Origin: Azolla caroliniana
Lineage: Eukaryota > Plantae > Polypodiophyta
Direction: 5' to 3'
DNA length: 64,000 nt
Assembly: GCA_043228905.1 (NCBI GenBank)
Contig: JBHGNT010000020.1
Location: 1,612,001-1,676,000, forward strand
The translations under genes and the position numbers were made by a program. Positions 47,492 through 59,980 of the stretch are shown one piece after another; within the stretch, counting starts at the first letter, position 1; each line of letters begins with the position of its first letter. The notes under the pieces are model-generated. The model ran no database searches and was not told where the DNA came from. It was given only the letters and a program-made list of their open reading frames with translations.

Positions 47492-49402
47492 ATGGAAGGC
47501 GGCAGCAGCGGGCAGCCGGGGATGATGGTGCTGAATGCGCAGAACTACGCCGACTGGAAGATAAAGATGGAGGATCTGCTCATTGTTCGGGACCTGTATG
47601 AACCGATCGACAGGTCGGAAATACCCAAGGGGGTACTTGAGACGGAATGGAGGCTTCTGAACCGGAAAGCCGTTGCAACCATTCGGCAATACGTCGACGT
47701 GAGCGTTCTACAACATGTGGCCAACGACACCAACGCATATGAGATGTGGCAGAAGCTGTCGGGCCTCTACGAGAGGAAGAATGCGTTGAACCGGACCTCC
47801 CTGATGAGGAAGATAGTGAACCTCAAGTACCGGGACGGCGAGAGTATGGTGGAACACGTAAGCACGTTCATGGGATTCGTGAACCAGCTTGCGGCGATCA
47901 AGTTCCCGTTGGAGGATGCAATGCAAGCCATCATGCTGATGTGTACATTGCCGGAAAGCTGGGAGAACTTGGTGGTGACTCTCAGCACCTCCTGCACCGA
48001 AGATAACTTGTCCTTACAAACGGTAAAGACAAGCATTTTGAACGAAGAAGCGCGTCGGAGAGATAAAGAACCGGCCTCCGATCCGAAGATGCTGCTTACC
48101 GAATCGGATCGGGGAAGACAACGGAACCGGATTCCGCAAAGACGGGAGAAGTCGGGGACCCGGTCGCAGTCAAGAGGAAGGCCCACATGCTTCCACTGTG
48201 GGAAGCCGGGGCACTTCCGAAAGAATTGTCGGCATTACCGAAAAGACAACGGAGCCGACGACACCGATTCGAAGAAGTCTTCGGAACGGAACGGTGCTTA
48301 CCGGGGAGCCACGGACCGGAATGGTTCGGATCGGCGAGGGCAGGACCGGAAAGGAACGACGGCACTCGCGGCAAGTGAAGAGGAGATCATGCTCATCACC
48401 GAAGAAGGTGAACTAAACATTGCCGGCGATGAGACTACCTGGGTGGTCGATTCCGGAGCGTCGTTCCACCTGACCCGGGAAAGAAGATACTTCTCATCCT
48501 ACACAGCCGGTGAGCATGGCTGTGTTCGGATGGGAAATGAAGGTACGTGCCGGATTGCCGGCATAGGAGACGTGTGGTTAACAACCTCGACCGGATGCAA
48601 AATGTTGCTGAAGGATGTCCGACACGTTCCGGAGGTTCGATTGAACCTGATTTCGGCCGGGAGGCTAGACGATGAAGGCTACACAGGTAGCATCCGGAAC
48701 TGCGTAATGAAGTTCAGCAAGGGGAGCCTGATAGTGGCTCGGGCCCGGAAAGTCAACACACTGTACCTTATGAATGCCTGGTTGTGTCCGGAGGAGTTGA
48801 ACGTGGCAGCCGATACTGCCGATGAGCTGTGGCACAAGAGACTGTGCCACATGAGTGAGAAGGGGATGAAGAGGCTTGCAGAAGACAACCTTATTCCAGT
48901 GAAGCATGTGCACCTGGAGAAGTGCACCGATTGCCTAGCTGGTAAGCAGAACCGAACCTTGAATTCGGCAGACCGCTTTCGGTCTCTTCGGCATCAGATG
49001 GCCGTAACGACAAACCAGTCCGGTTAGAGCCGGACACAGCGCAGGATGGTTTCGGACAACCGACATCAGTTCCTTAATGATCGGCTTCAACTCTTCCGAA
49101 CCGACCAGTTCGGTCTTCTGCCTTCGGACCCTGCCGACTCGAACAAAACTGATATGTCCGAGAACCTAGGTTTATACCTATAATCTTAGATAACCCATGT
49201 ATACGCCCATTACGGGGGAGTGTCGAATACAAGTGTATAATGGACGTATTCACACTATCCCTTTGTATAGCCCAAGTTTGGGGCATTTGTGTAATTAGCA
49301 TAAAGGGTAGTTGCCCTAAGTTGGTCACTATATATAGTGACCTTGTAACCTTTTTGTAAGGTTGGGTGTTGTATTATTGTTTCTATTGAATAGAAAGTCT
49401 TT

Positions 49403-49437
<35 letters not shown>

Positions 49438-51440
49438 AACGACCTAGAAACTGTCATACGCAGGTATTCAAACACCAATCGAATGCTTCTTGATCTTCCA
49501 CATAGACGACCTCGTCCCCAACAAATACCGGGGGCAGTTCAAGGAGTACTGTCGCTCGAAGGGAATCCGGCTCGAGTTTACTGTGCCGAAGACGCCGGAA
49601 CTGAACGGGCTGGCCGAGAGGATGAACCGGACCATAATGGAGAGGGTCCGGAGTATGCTGGCGCATGCGAAATTACCCAAGGGGTTTTGGGCTGAGGCAA
49701 TGTCGACGGCGACATACGTGATAAACAGATCACCCTCAGTACCTTTGGACGGAGACACGCCGCAGAGAGTGTGGACCGGCAGGGAAGTATCCTACCGGCA
49801 TCTGAAGGTGTTCGGGTGTCTCGCATATGTGCATGTGGCAAAGGACCGGAGAGGAAAGCTAGATCCAAAGACCCGGCCATGCATATTCCTCGGTTACGGC
49901 GATGACGAGTTCGGCTACCGAGTATGGGACCCGGTCGACAAAAAGATATTCCGGAGTCGTGATATCATCTTCATGGAGGACAAGACACTCGCCGACTGGG
50001 AGTCGGAGAAGAAGATGAAGAGCTCCAAGTCGACCGGTGAGGATCAACTCTACGAGGAGCAGTCCCGACCGGCAAGGGACCGGTTAGCACTCGAGGATCC
50101 GGCCGAAGACGGTGAAGAAACAGAACCGGCCGAGGAAGATGAAATTGATACCGGAACCGGCCCCGATCCCGAAATGGATTCGGATGAAGAGGAAACGGAG
50201 GAGCCGGTTACCGAAGCTCCGGAACGGAGATATCCTCTAAGAGAGAGAAGGGCCCCCCGGAGATTTCCGGAACCAGAGCACGTGCTGCTAACCGACGAGG
50301 GGGAGCCGGAGAGTTTTGAAGAAGCAAAGCTTGACACCCATAGCTGCAGGTGGTTAAGTGCCATGCAGGAGGAGATGGATTCCCTGTATGAGAACCACAC
50401 ATATGAACTTGTGGAGTTGCCGAAAGGAAAGCGGGCACTTCGAAACAAGTGGGTGTTCAAGCTGAAACCGGGAGATGCCGGAAACCCCCCGAGATACAAA
50501 GCCAGGATCGTGGTGAAGGGGTTCCAGCAGAAGAAGGGCGTCGACTTCGACGAGATATTTGCCCCGGTAGTGAAGATGACCTCCATCCGGACGGTGCTGA
50601 GCATAGCGGCAGTTGTGGCTGTCACAGGAGAAGTACGTGACAAAGGTGCTTCACCGGTTCAACATGTCGGAAGCAAGACCGGTCGGGTCAACCCTCCCGG
50701 CAAACTGCAGGTTGTCCAGCAAGCAAAGCCCCAAGACAAAGGCTGAGAAGGAGGACATGATGAAAGTACCATATGCCTCTGCCGTCGGAAGCTTGATGTA
50801 CGCAATGGTGTGTACAAGACCGGACATAGGATATGCAGTCGGAGTGGTGAGCCGGTACATGAGCAATCCCGGCAAAGAGCACTGGAACGCGGCCAAGTGG
50901 ATACTCCGATACCTGAAGGGCACGGCAAACGTGTGCCTCCGATTCGGCTCCGGTAAGCCCGAACTCGACGGCTTTACCGATTCGGATATGTCGGCTGATG
51001 CAGATACCAACCGGTCCACATCAGGGTATGTGATGACGTATGCAGGGGGAGCTGTTTCGTGGCAGTCGAGGCTGCAGAAGACGGTTGCGTTGTCGACCAC
51101 GGAGGCGGAGTACATGGCGGCTGTTGAAGCCGGCAAGGAAATAATATGGATGAAGGACTTCATTAGAGAGCTCGGTATCCGGCAGGAGGAGTACCGACTC
51201 TACTGCGACAGTCAGAGTGCCATCCACCTTGCGAAGAATGCGGCCTATCACTCCCGGACGAAGCACATCCAGCGAAGATATCACTGGATCCGGGAAAGGA
51301 TAGAAGACGAGGAGTTCGTGCTGACGAAGATCCACACGAACGAGAACGGGTCAGATATGCTGACCAAAGTGCTCACACCCGACAAGCTGGAAGCGTGCCG
51401 GAAGAGGGTCGGACTGGAAAGACATCCCATGCCGAAGTGA
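47492..51440 (+). pseudogene. pol: CopJ gag-pol with the INT core partly replaced and the RT core deleted
   Basis: ORFs 47483, 49490 and 50613; LSIAA joins LWLSQEKY near 50612, so QMDVK and YVDD are missing. Confidence 0.92.
48960..49525 (+). mobile_element. Captured fragment: 3' UTR, PPT and 254-bp LTR (49221-49474) of another element, plus ~50 bp of flank
   Basis: ACGGGGGAG then TGTCGAATAC...GTATTCAAACA; no TSD; replaces part of the CopJ integrase. Confidence 0.7.
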
Positions 51441-52355
51441 AGGGGGAGTTTGTTGGGATTACGGTCCCTCCAGATGGGATGGTCAGATGTCCGGGAATCG
51501 GGAATGAAGACCCGGTTTCGGATCTGGATGATGAAGACCCCGGCTACGGAGCCGGATGACGAAGACCCGGTTTCGGATCTGGATGATGAAGACCCCGGCT
51601 ACGGAGCCGGATGACGAAGACCCGGTTTCGGATCCGGATGATGAAGACCCCGGCTACGGAGCCGGATGACGAAGACCCGGTTTCGGATCCGGATGATGAA
51701 GACCCCGGCTACGGAGCCGGATGACGAATGTACCCAGAGAGAGAGATCCGGATGCGGGGACATATTTGTGAATATGTTTGCCAAGGGCCCTCGAGGCTAT
51801 ATTTGTAAATAGCCCGAAAGTCATATGTGTATAAATATGACTTAGGGCAAATAGTTTTTGGTTGTTGCTCATTTTTCTGTTTTCCACTTAGAGGGAGCGA
51901 AGTGAGAGCAGCCGAGAGAGAGAGTGAGAGAGAGAGAGAAAGGAAGAGGTCGACGCCTCTGTGTAATACCGCCGCCTGTGGCGAGGACAGCGAGCTCAAG
52001 GTCGTCGCCTTGCAGCTCGCCATTGTACATTCCCTGCGTATAGTGATAGTTGGAGTCTTGCACTCCCGTGGTTTTTCCCGTCTAGGGTTTTCCACGCTAA
52101 ACCCTGTGCATTCGAGTCTCTCTCTGTGTTTTGATTTACTTCTGCATTGATTCGTGTTTCCTCGGTTGTGGCCGAGAGGTGAAGGTTTTGAAAGCGGCGA
52201 ATTCCTAACAGTTTTTAACATAGTTCTTGTGATTTCTCTCTCTTACTCTCTCTGTCTCTCCCGTGTATACTGCGTAAGCTCAAGCTCTCCATTAAACCTG
52301 AGTGTTCTTCCTTCTGTTCTATCTTCATACTTGCTTCCGCACGCTACTTTCTACA

Positions 52356-54587
52356 CTGGTCAACCCGCAAGAAGGAACCTGTTAAGCGGTATAGGTATAA
52401 TGAGTACATGGCGCATCACTATGCGTACATGACCAAGGTGGCGGAAGTGCGTGAGCCGGAGAGTTACGCAGAAGCGGCAAAGGACGCACATTGGCGTGCC
52501 GTTATGGAAGAAGAGATGCGGGCACTTGATGCCAACAATACATGGGACCTGGTTGACCCTCCCCGTCATAGTAAACCGATCGGATGCAAGTGGGTGTATA
52601 AGGTAAAGTACAACGCCGACGGTTCAGTTAACCGATACAAGGCCCGGTTAGTGGCGAAGGGATACGCACAGACCCACAGAATCGACTACGACGGTTCGTG
52701 TGGTGTTGGCGGTTGCAGTGGCAAGGGGGTGGCATCTTCACCAGATGGATGTGAAGAATGCATTTGTTCAAGGAGATCTTGAAGAAGAAGTCTTTATGAT
52801 ACAGTCCCACGGTTTCCAGATGGAGATGAACAAGTCGGCGGTATGCCGGCTGAAGAAATCACTTTATGGCCTGAAGCAAGCCCCCCGAATTTGGAATGCG
52901 AAGATGACGCACCAGTTGCGTAAGATGGGGTTTGCGGCCTCCAAGTCCGACTCTTCGTTGTTCATCCAGCAAGGTCCGGACGGTCCAGTTTGCATCTTGT
53001 TGTACGTGGATGAACTGGTCATCACCAGACCCAGACTCGATGAAATCAACCGAGTCAAGTCCCAGTTGTCGGATGCGTTTGAGATGAAGGACCTGGGGGA
53101 TCTTCACTACTTCCTTGGGATCGAGGTGATCCGAACCCCAGACGGCATATTGCTCTCACAAAGGCACTATGTGTTGAATATGTTGTACAAGTTCGGCATG
53201 ACGCAATGTCGACCTATCTCTACTCCCCTGGACCGGAACCAGAAGCTCCGTCTCGACTCCGGACCGGCCTGCGATGAGAAACAGTTTCGACAAATTGTCG
53301 GAAGCCTTATATATTTGACCATCACCCGACTCGACATCAGCTATCCGGTCAGTGTGATTAGCCAATTCATGCAGAAGCCCACCGTAGAGCATCTTCATTG
53401 CGCACACCGAATAATGCGGTATGTGAGCGGCACGAAGGACCGGGGACTCTTATACTTGCGCGGTATAACCGAAGAGTTGGTCGGTTACACGGATGCCGAT
53501 TGGGCCGGCGATGCATCAGATCACCGATCAACCTCCTGTTACATGTTTTCCCTAGGTAGCGCGGCTGTTGCATGGAGCAGCAAAAAGCAGCCAATAGTTG
53601 CTCTGTCGAGCACTGAGGCTGAGTATCGGGGTGCTACCATTGTCACCTGTGAAGCCATTTGGCTTTGGTGACTGATGCAAGACCTACGAATCGAGGTACC
53701 GACCCCGATTCTGATCTATTGCGACAATATAAGCAGCATGCAGCTCGCCAAGAACCCCGTATTCCATGCTCGCACAAAGCACATAGAAGTGCACTATCAC
53801 TTCGTGCGTGAGCGTGTCCTGAGCGGTGAAGTCAAACTTCGGTATGTTCAAACGGATCGGCAAGTTGCCGACATCTTCACCAAACCACTCGGATCGGACA
53901 AGTTGCAGCACTTCATCGAAATGCTTGGTGTTCGGCATCTCGACGTGCCACACTTGAGGGGGAGAACGGGCAAAGACACCGGAACGGGCAAACGCAAAGA
54001 GACTGCTGATTGCGCCGGTGAGGGAAGAACAAAGGAAGGAGAAGAAGAAAGGAGCCGAGTCAACAAAGGAATTCGACACATAAGAACAAGTCAGAACAAG
54101 CGGCAACGGCGACAAAGTCAAGAAGGACAGAGCCGACCGGAAGAAGAAGGCCAACACTGGGACATGGTCCGATGTGGTGAAGGGCCTGGAACCAAAAGAC
54201 GAATCGGGAGTAGCCAATTCTGACAAGAGTTGGAACGAATCGGAGACAGTCGATTCTGTTCAACAGACAGATTCGGAAGAACCTGATCAATTCAAGGCCA
54301 AGAGGACGAGAAGGCAGCGAAAGTCGACGCCAACACGAAGGAATCGGCGAATCTGCACGCGTCGAAGTCACAGCAGCAAGGGAGCTGAATTGGGCCTGTT
54401 GAGCAGACAAGCCGACCGAGGAGATCGAGATGCACAGAACAAGAGGGGTCGCGGCAAACAAAATAGGACCGAACGAGGAGTGCGAGCAAGGCGGAGTGAT
54501 GCCAGAAGGAGCCGGGCAGAAGGACCGGTTGCCACGGACGTTGACACTACGACCGGACCTCAAGTTGAGCTTGAGGGGGAGTGTTGA
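52356..54587 (+). pseudogene. pol: CopI RT-RH and C-terminal extension
   Basis: ORFs 52408, 52700, 53675 and 54174. Confidence 0.92.
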
Positions 54588-55008
54588 GCGGCAAGCTCAA
54601 TTGGAGCCGGATCGGCTGGATAGCCTGAGCCGGCAAGTGAGATGGATCGGTGAGCCGGTGAGTACCCGGTGAGCATAAGAGTCGGTGAGTTGGGGAGCCG
54701 TTTAGCCGGATCCATCAATAACCGGAAGCCTAGTAGCAACTAGACTACTAGGGAGTTATTACTCTCGTAGTTAGAGTCAAACGCTCGAGTGAGCATTGAA
54801 GTACACCGTACTTCTGTCAGTTAGTATGGACTTGTATAAAAGTGTTCAATGAACACATACGATGTACAGAGTGTTGATATAATATTTTAATAGAGATTCT
54901 TGTTATGCTCTCCCTCTCTCTGTCTCTCCCGCATACTGTTAAGCTCTCCATTAATCCTATTCTCTGTTTTCTGTTTTTTATTGCTTCCGCATGCTATTTG
55001 TTTTTACA
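54582..55008 (+). repeat. CopI right LTR
   Basis: PPT then TGTTGAG...TTTACA. Confidence 0.92.
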
Positions 55009-55370
55009 AGACGATTGCGTTGTAAACCACGGAGGCGGAGTATATGGCGGCTGTGGAAGCCGGCAAGGAAATATTATGGATGAAGGACTTCATCAAAGAG
55101 CTAGGGATCCGGCAGGAGGAATAACGGCTCTATTGCGACAGTCAAAGTGCCATCCACCTTGCAAAGAACGCTGCCTACCATTCCAAGACGAAGCACATTC
55201 AGCGTAGGTACCACTAGATTTGGGAGCGAATAGAAGACCGAGAGTTCGTGCTGACGAAGATCCACACAGAGGAGAACGGGTCGGATATGTTAACCAAGGT
55301 GCTGACGCCCGACAATCTGGAAGCATTCCAAAAGCGAATTGGACTAACCAGACATCCCATGCCAGAGTGA
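55009..55370 (+). pseudogene. pol: CopE RNaseH C-terminus
   Basis: Closely parallels CopJ 51078-51440 (TTEAEYMAAVEAGKE). Confidence 0.88.
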
Positions 55371-55380
55371 AGGGGGAGTT

Positions 55381-55962
55381 TGTTAGGATTTCGGTTCCTC
55401 CGGATGATGAGTACCCGGCAAGGAAGACCCGGTGAGAACCGGATGACGTAGGCCTGGTGAGAACCTCTCACCGGATGAAGGGACATATATGTAAATATGT
55501 CTCTGGTAGCCCATTGAGGCTACATTTGTAAATAGCCCGAAAGTCATATTAGTATAAATATGACCTAGGGAAAACAGAGGATATGTTGTTGTATTATTTG
55601 AGTTGTCATTTTTTTGTATAGAGTTATTGGTGTAACTGTTGTACAAAGTGTAGCAGAGAGAGAGAGAGAGAGAAATATAGAGAGAGATACAGAGTGATTC
55701 TCTGTTGTAACCGCCGCCAGGCGAAGAGAGTGAGCACGAGGTCGTTGCCTCTCTGCCCCCTGTTGTATTCCTCTCGACATAGTGATAGTTGGAGTTTGTG
55801 GACTCTCGTGGTTTTTCCCTCTCAGGGTTTTCCACGTTAACATCCTGTGCATTCTCTTCTGTTTGTGTACTTACTTCCATTTCCCATTTTGTGTGCGTTT
55901 GATAATCATTAAGTGATTGAAGACTCGATTCTAGCCGAGTACTATTCCGCATATTCTCGTCA
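55381..55962 (+). repeat. CopE 3' LTR
   Basis: Copy of 31446-32055, about one repeat unit shorter. Confidence 0.92.
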
Positions 55963-58954
55963 CATCCTTCTATTGCATCGTACACCATCTACTCGAGTAT
56001 GGAGCGTTTGATGGTTCCAAGATACCCATCTTCACTTTCTCTTTTAGCAGCTCGATTAATTGCAGTATCCTTGCTCTTGGCACAGGATTGGCTTCAGATT
56101 CCATGGAATATGACCATTGGTTCAACTACTTTTGGATCCACACATCCAATTTCTTCAAGGTGGAAGGAGAATGCTTTCCCGTGCCGCCCTAGCATTTTTA
56201 TAAATTCTACTTCTTCCGTAGGCGTTAGGAAGTCCCCCCCTCCAATTCTTAGTTCTTTAATTGTTTCTTCCATGAATTTGTGCCCAATTCTCTTTTGATT
56301 CTGTAGAATTGGCTCAGTCGACACCTCCTTCATTATCTTTTCACTGTCTTCTGGAAGAGGTGTTGTTGCTGGCTAGACCTTCTCCACCGCTTTGTACTTT
56401 GTGTTTATTCGAGCTTCTTCATTTTGAACATACTCCTTGATGGTTTTGAATAGCTCAATGGAATTTACCACAACTTCAACTTCATCATCTTTCGTCATTA
56501 GAGACTCCAACTCTCCTATTGTATCTTTAAAACAATATTCTTCAAATATATTCACTAATTTTTCGTCTAAATCTATCACACCTCTACCTTGTAATTCTTT
56601 TTCTATTTTTTGGAATTTCATTCGCTTGAAATCTTCTATTATAGTTGCGCCATCTACCGACACAACATATAATTTACCTTTATCTTCAATGCTATGAATG
56701 GGGCTTCTTACCTCCCTCGGGCCATCACAACCCCTTTTTGTAAGGGCTCGCTCTAGAAATCCCCCACATCTCATAGTGGATGATCCTGTAGATTCTCCTT
56801 ATTCCTTTCATGATTTGGTCAAACAATAAGGAACTGTACCAACCTCTTCCCATCCTGGCAAATGCCACTCCATTATCAATCACTTTAGTCTCCATTTGTA
56901 CTGTTGTGATGTACGGTTGCCCTAGGATTACTGGATAAAATGACTTCTCTTGGACGAAGAAGTTTTGATCTACTGACACGTCCCCAATTGTAACTTTAAT
57001 ATTTGGGCATGCGCCACATAAATCCTCCATGACCTCAGTCGCTGCTCTCACCTTCCAAATGTGGTTCCTTTCTATTGGCCATCTCCCGCGATTTTAAAAT
57101 CAGACGGTATGATATTTATCTCAAAACCATGGTCGATGAGTGCCACACATGGTTCCATATTATCTCCAATTCTGATTGGAGCCTCGGTTGTCGCTCGAGC
57201 CCAGTGTGTGCGGGTGTAATGGCTTCATTCCTCTTCATGACTACATTGTGTGTCAGCACTCCGTACCCCGGCTAACAATGCAGTCTCCATATCTTCATCT
57301 TCCTCCCGTATCATGACGGTATTTACTCCACCCATTTCTTCAACCACTTGTCTTTTTCTCCAAATCACATCAATGATCACTTCATGAAATTCCTTCTTCT
57401 CGATCCCTAGTACTTCTCGGAGTGTTAACTCAACTTTACTATCGAGAATCCTTGATTCTAACACATGCTTTAGGTCGGTGGATGTTTCGATGTTGGAGAC
57501 GAGTTTGAATGACAGGGCTATCTTTTGCTTACCTTTGTCTTCTTTCATCGCCTCCGCAACAACTCCTTCAGTTTCTCGTCTCTTTTGTTCTCGAGTCTCG
57601 GGTTTTCTAGAAGGTCCCGCTTCTTCAGTTCTCCTTCATTTTTCTTCGACTGTCACCTCGTGGGCATTCACCCCTGCTATCTTGGCGATCGCAGTGAGTG
57701 AATCTACTGGGTCATTCTACCCAGTACTAGTCCTTATCTTGTCACTAGCCTTTCGTAAGTCCTGTGGCTGGACCCTTTTGTCAGTAGCGGATTTCCCCAA
57801 AATCCTGATCCAATCTGGGGATCATCGACCTTCAATCCATAGGTAGTCGAAAAGTACATTGCCTGAACATTCTTCAACTCTTCGTCCTCCGTCACTTTCG
57901 TCATCCTACCTTTGCCAAAGTTGGTTTTTAGGGGTTGTCGGGTCTCCGAGGAGTGGATTCTCCCATTTTGATAGAAGATAACATTTCTTTCTAATGCTTC
58001 CTTATGGCTCTGACAATCCCTTTTTTGGTGCTCCTTGCTATCCTACCATATGCATCGGCAAACGAATTCACCCTTTTCTCCTTCATTGGGCTTTTGTCGA
58101 ACACCCGAGCTTTCACCCTTCTCAAGTTTTGTGAACTTGAGTTGAAAATCCTGCATTCCCTTTATCAGTTCATCAATTGTAGATTCTGGCTCCTTTCCTT
58201 TGCTAACATCCGTTCAAGTTCCTGATTCTTGTTTTGGATGTTCTCTGGCTGTTGTCTTTATTCTATTGTCATAGCCATCCTCCATCCTTAGCGCCCTCCT
58301 TCTTAGTACTCGACAAGCCTCGAGTACTTCCGCCCAATCGGATACCAAACCGGTTGTGCTTGTCCGGTCTTCTAGAATGATGGTGATATCTTTTCTAAAA
58401 GATTTATCTGCCGCTCGGACGAATAAATCCACCTTATCTTATTGTAGTAGTTCTCAGTCTCTTACTGAGAGCTCATTATATCTTTTCCCGAACTCTCTTA
58501 GCAACTCTGACACTGAGAGTCCTTTACCCCCTTTCTTGGTCCATTCGAGAAAGCTTTTCTTTGACATTCTGGTCCGGTTGTCTAGCATATATTCATCAAG
58601 CAATGCTTGACGAAACCCGGGCCAATCTTCACAAAATTTCTCCGATAACTCTATTACCCTTGCTCGGACATCAAGTGTGCACATTCGGTCGATATGTGAC
58701 ACTATTTGTACTCCGGTTGCCCCTCTACTGGCCATCTCGTATTCGTAGACCTCGAGGAACCGAGTGATGTCTTCACCATTAAATCTGCTTGTCCTCTCGA
58801 TGACCGTTTGTATGGCGAGCGCTAACTCACTTTCCATCTAGTTCATTGCACTTTGCTCTTGAAGCATCTGATTCATCATCGTCATCATGAAACTTTCCAT
58901 CTCTTCATTGAAGCCCTTATTTGCCATCTCTATGTTGGCATCTTTATCCGCCAT
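55963..58954 (-). pseudogene. pol: GyF gag-PR-RT N-terminus
   Basis: ORFs 58454, 58214, 57225, 56725 and 56094 are homologous to Gy1 and GyB proteins. Confidence 0.88.
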
Positions 58955-59044
58955 TTTCTTTCATTTTCCGACCTTCTCTTTGTAAAACTTTAACTCCGAA
59001 ACTCCCCTTGTCGACGACACTTCACGTCGGGATCACCAAATTTG

Positions 59045-59980
59045 TGTCGAGAAGATTGTGGTTGTGTATCGCAACCGCCAGGGTTCTGTGACTCAGGGAT
59101 GATCGGGGTGACAAGGCGTAATCGCAGATGGTGCGATGACAAGAAGCCGAGAAGGCAAGATAAATGCGACGTTGTTGCGAAAAGAATTTTATTTGTAAAA
59201 CAACCACTTACAATATTTATTTGCCAAAAGTTACTTGGCAAGACTTGAACTCACGAACTCTATTTGAGAAGAAACATTTGAGATAGACCACTTCAATCCC
59301 TTTGATTTCTATTTATTTGTCTTTCTCTTTCACTTTATATATACTAAATTTATATTACAAAATTTGATTACCAAAAGAAGTTGTTCTAAGAGATCACGAC
59401 CTTTTGTTTACAAAGAGGCATTTGAGATACACCACTCCAACTTCTTCCTTTTCTTGTATTTCCTTTCTTTTCTTTAACTCTCGTCTTGATTTATGCAAGC
59501 CACCATCTTCTTTGGCGAGCTCTGCATCCCACACCCACGCGAGCTTCTTCACTCACTTTTCCTTATTCTCCTTCCTCCCTTTAGCCACCATGGACGTGGC
59601 TTATATAGGGCGGTCAACCGCCCTACCACCCTCTTGAGGCAGTTGACAAACCGCCTCATGCAAGCGTTTGGTATTTATTTGTTTTATGTATTTTTATTTA
59701 CTATTATTTTATTTATTGATTCTACAAATTCGATTTTGGAGTTGTACATTTGAGAAATTATAGAAATGGACCTCATTCAATTTTGACTTCCCCTTTTGAC
59801 ATAATTACATTTGTGTCCCGAGTAACATTAATCCTTTTGAAGCTTGTATCTTGGGCTCCTAAACTCCAATTCATGAACCAAAAATTTGCACATGCTCCTC
59901 GTCACAAGCTCCATACAAGAAATTTCTTTCTATAGATTTTTGACATTGTTTTGACATTGTGAAGCAATAACTTCACGACA
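59045..59980 (-). repeat. GyF 5' LTR
   Basis: Minus strand TGTCGTGAAG...TCGACA, followed by the Trp PBS TGGTGATCCCGACGTGAA. Confidence 0.8.

Larger units (their letters stand above)
46756..52210 (+). mobile_element. CopJ: young Tnt1-like copia element with internal lesions
   Basis: LTRs 46756-47460 (705 bp) and 51451-52210 (760 bp), TSD GTTTT, iMet PBS at 47464, PPT GAAGGGGGAG. Confidence 0.96.
46497..52355 (+). mobile_element. Solo LTR of the CopA family, split by CopJ
   Basis: 46497-46755 plus 52211-52355 match the CopA LTR; flanks TCGGT/CTGGT; the host frame LRRSTR rejoins. Confidence 0.88.
33681..55008 (+). mobile_element. CopI: copia element related to CopA, with several nested insertions
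   Basis: LTRs 33708-34132 and 54582-55008, both preceded by a PPT; degenerate iMet PBS at 34133; pol in three pieces. Confidence 0.9.
31446..55962 (+). mobile_element. CopE: Tnt1-like copia element with INT-RT deleted, host of CopI
   Basis: LTRs 31446-32055 and 55381-55962, TSD CATCA/CATCC, PBS 32059-32070, PPT GAAGGGGGAG. Confidence 0.92.
28740..59980 (-). mobile_element. GyF: old gypsy element (Trp-PBS group), 3'-truncated, host of CopE
   Basis: 5' LTR 59045-59980, PBS 59021-59038, gag/PR/RT N-terminus at 55963-58954, RT/RH/INT at 28740-31445; the frame rejoins across the CopE TSD. Confidence 0.88.

Noticed and set aside
48960-49470. TGAAT...ATTCA as a 511-bp solo LTR
   Set aside because: No TSD; the PPT at 49212-49220 and the longer terminal inverted repeat place the LTR at 49221-49474.
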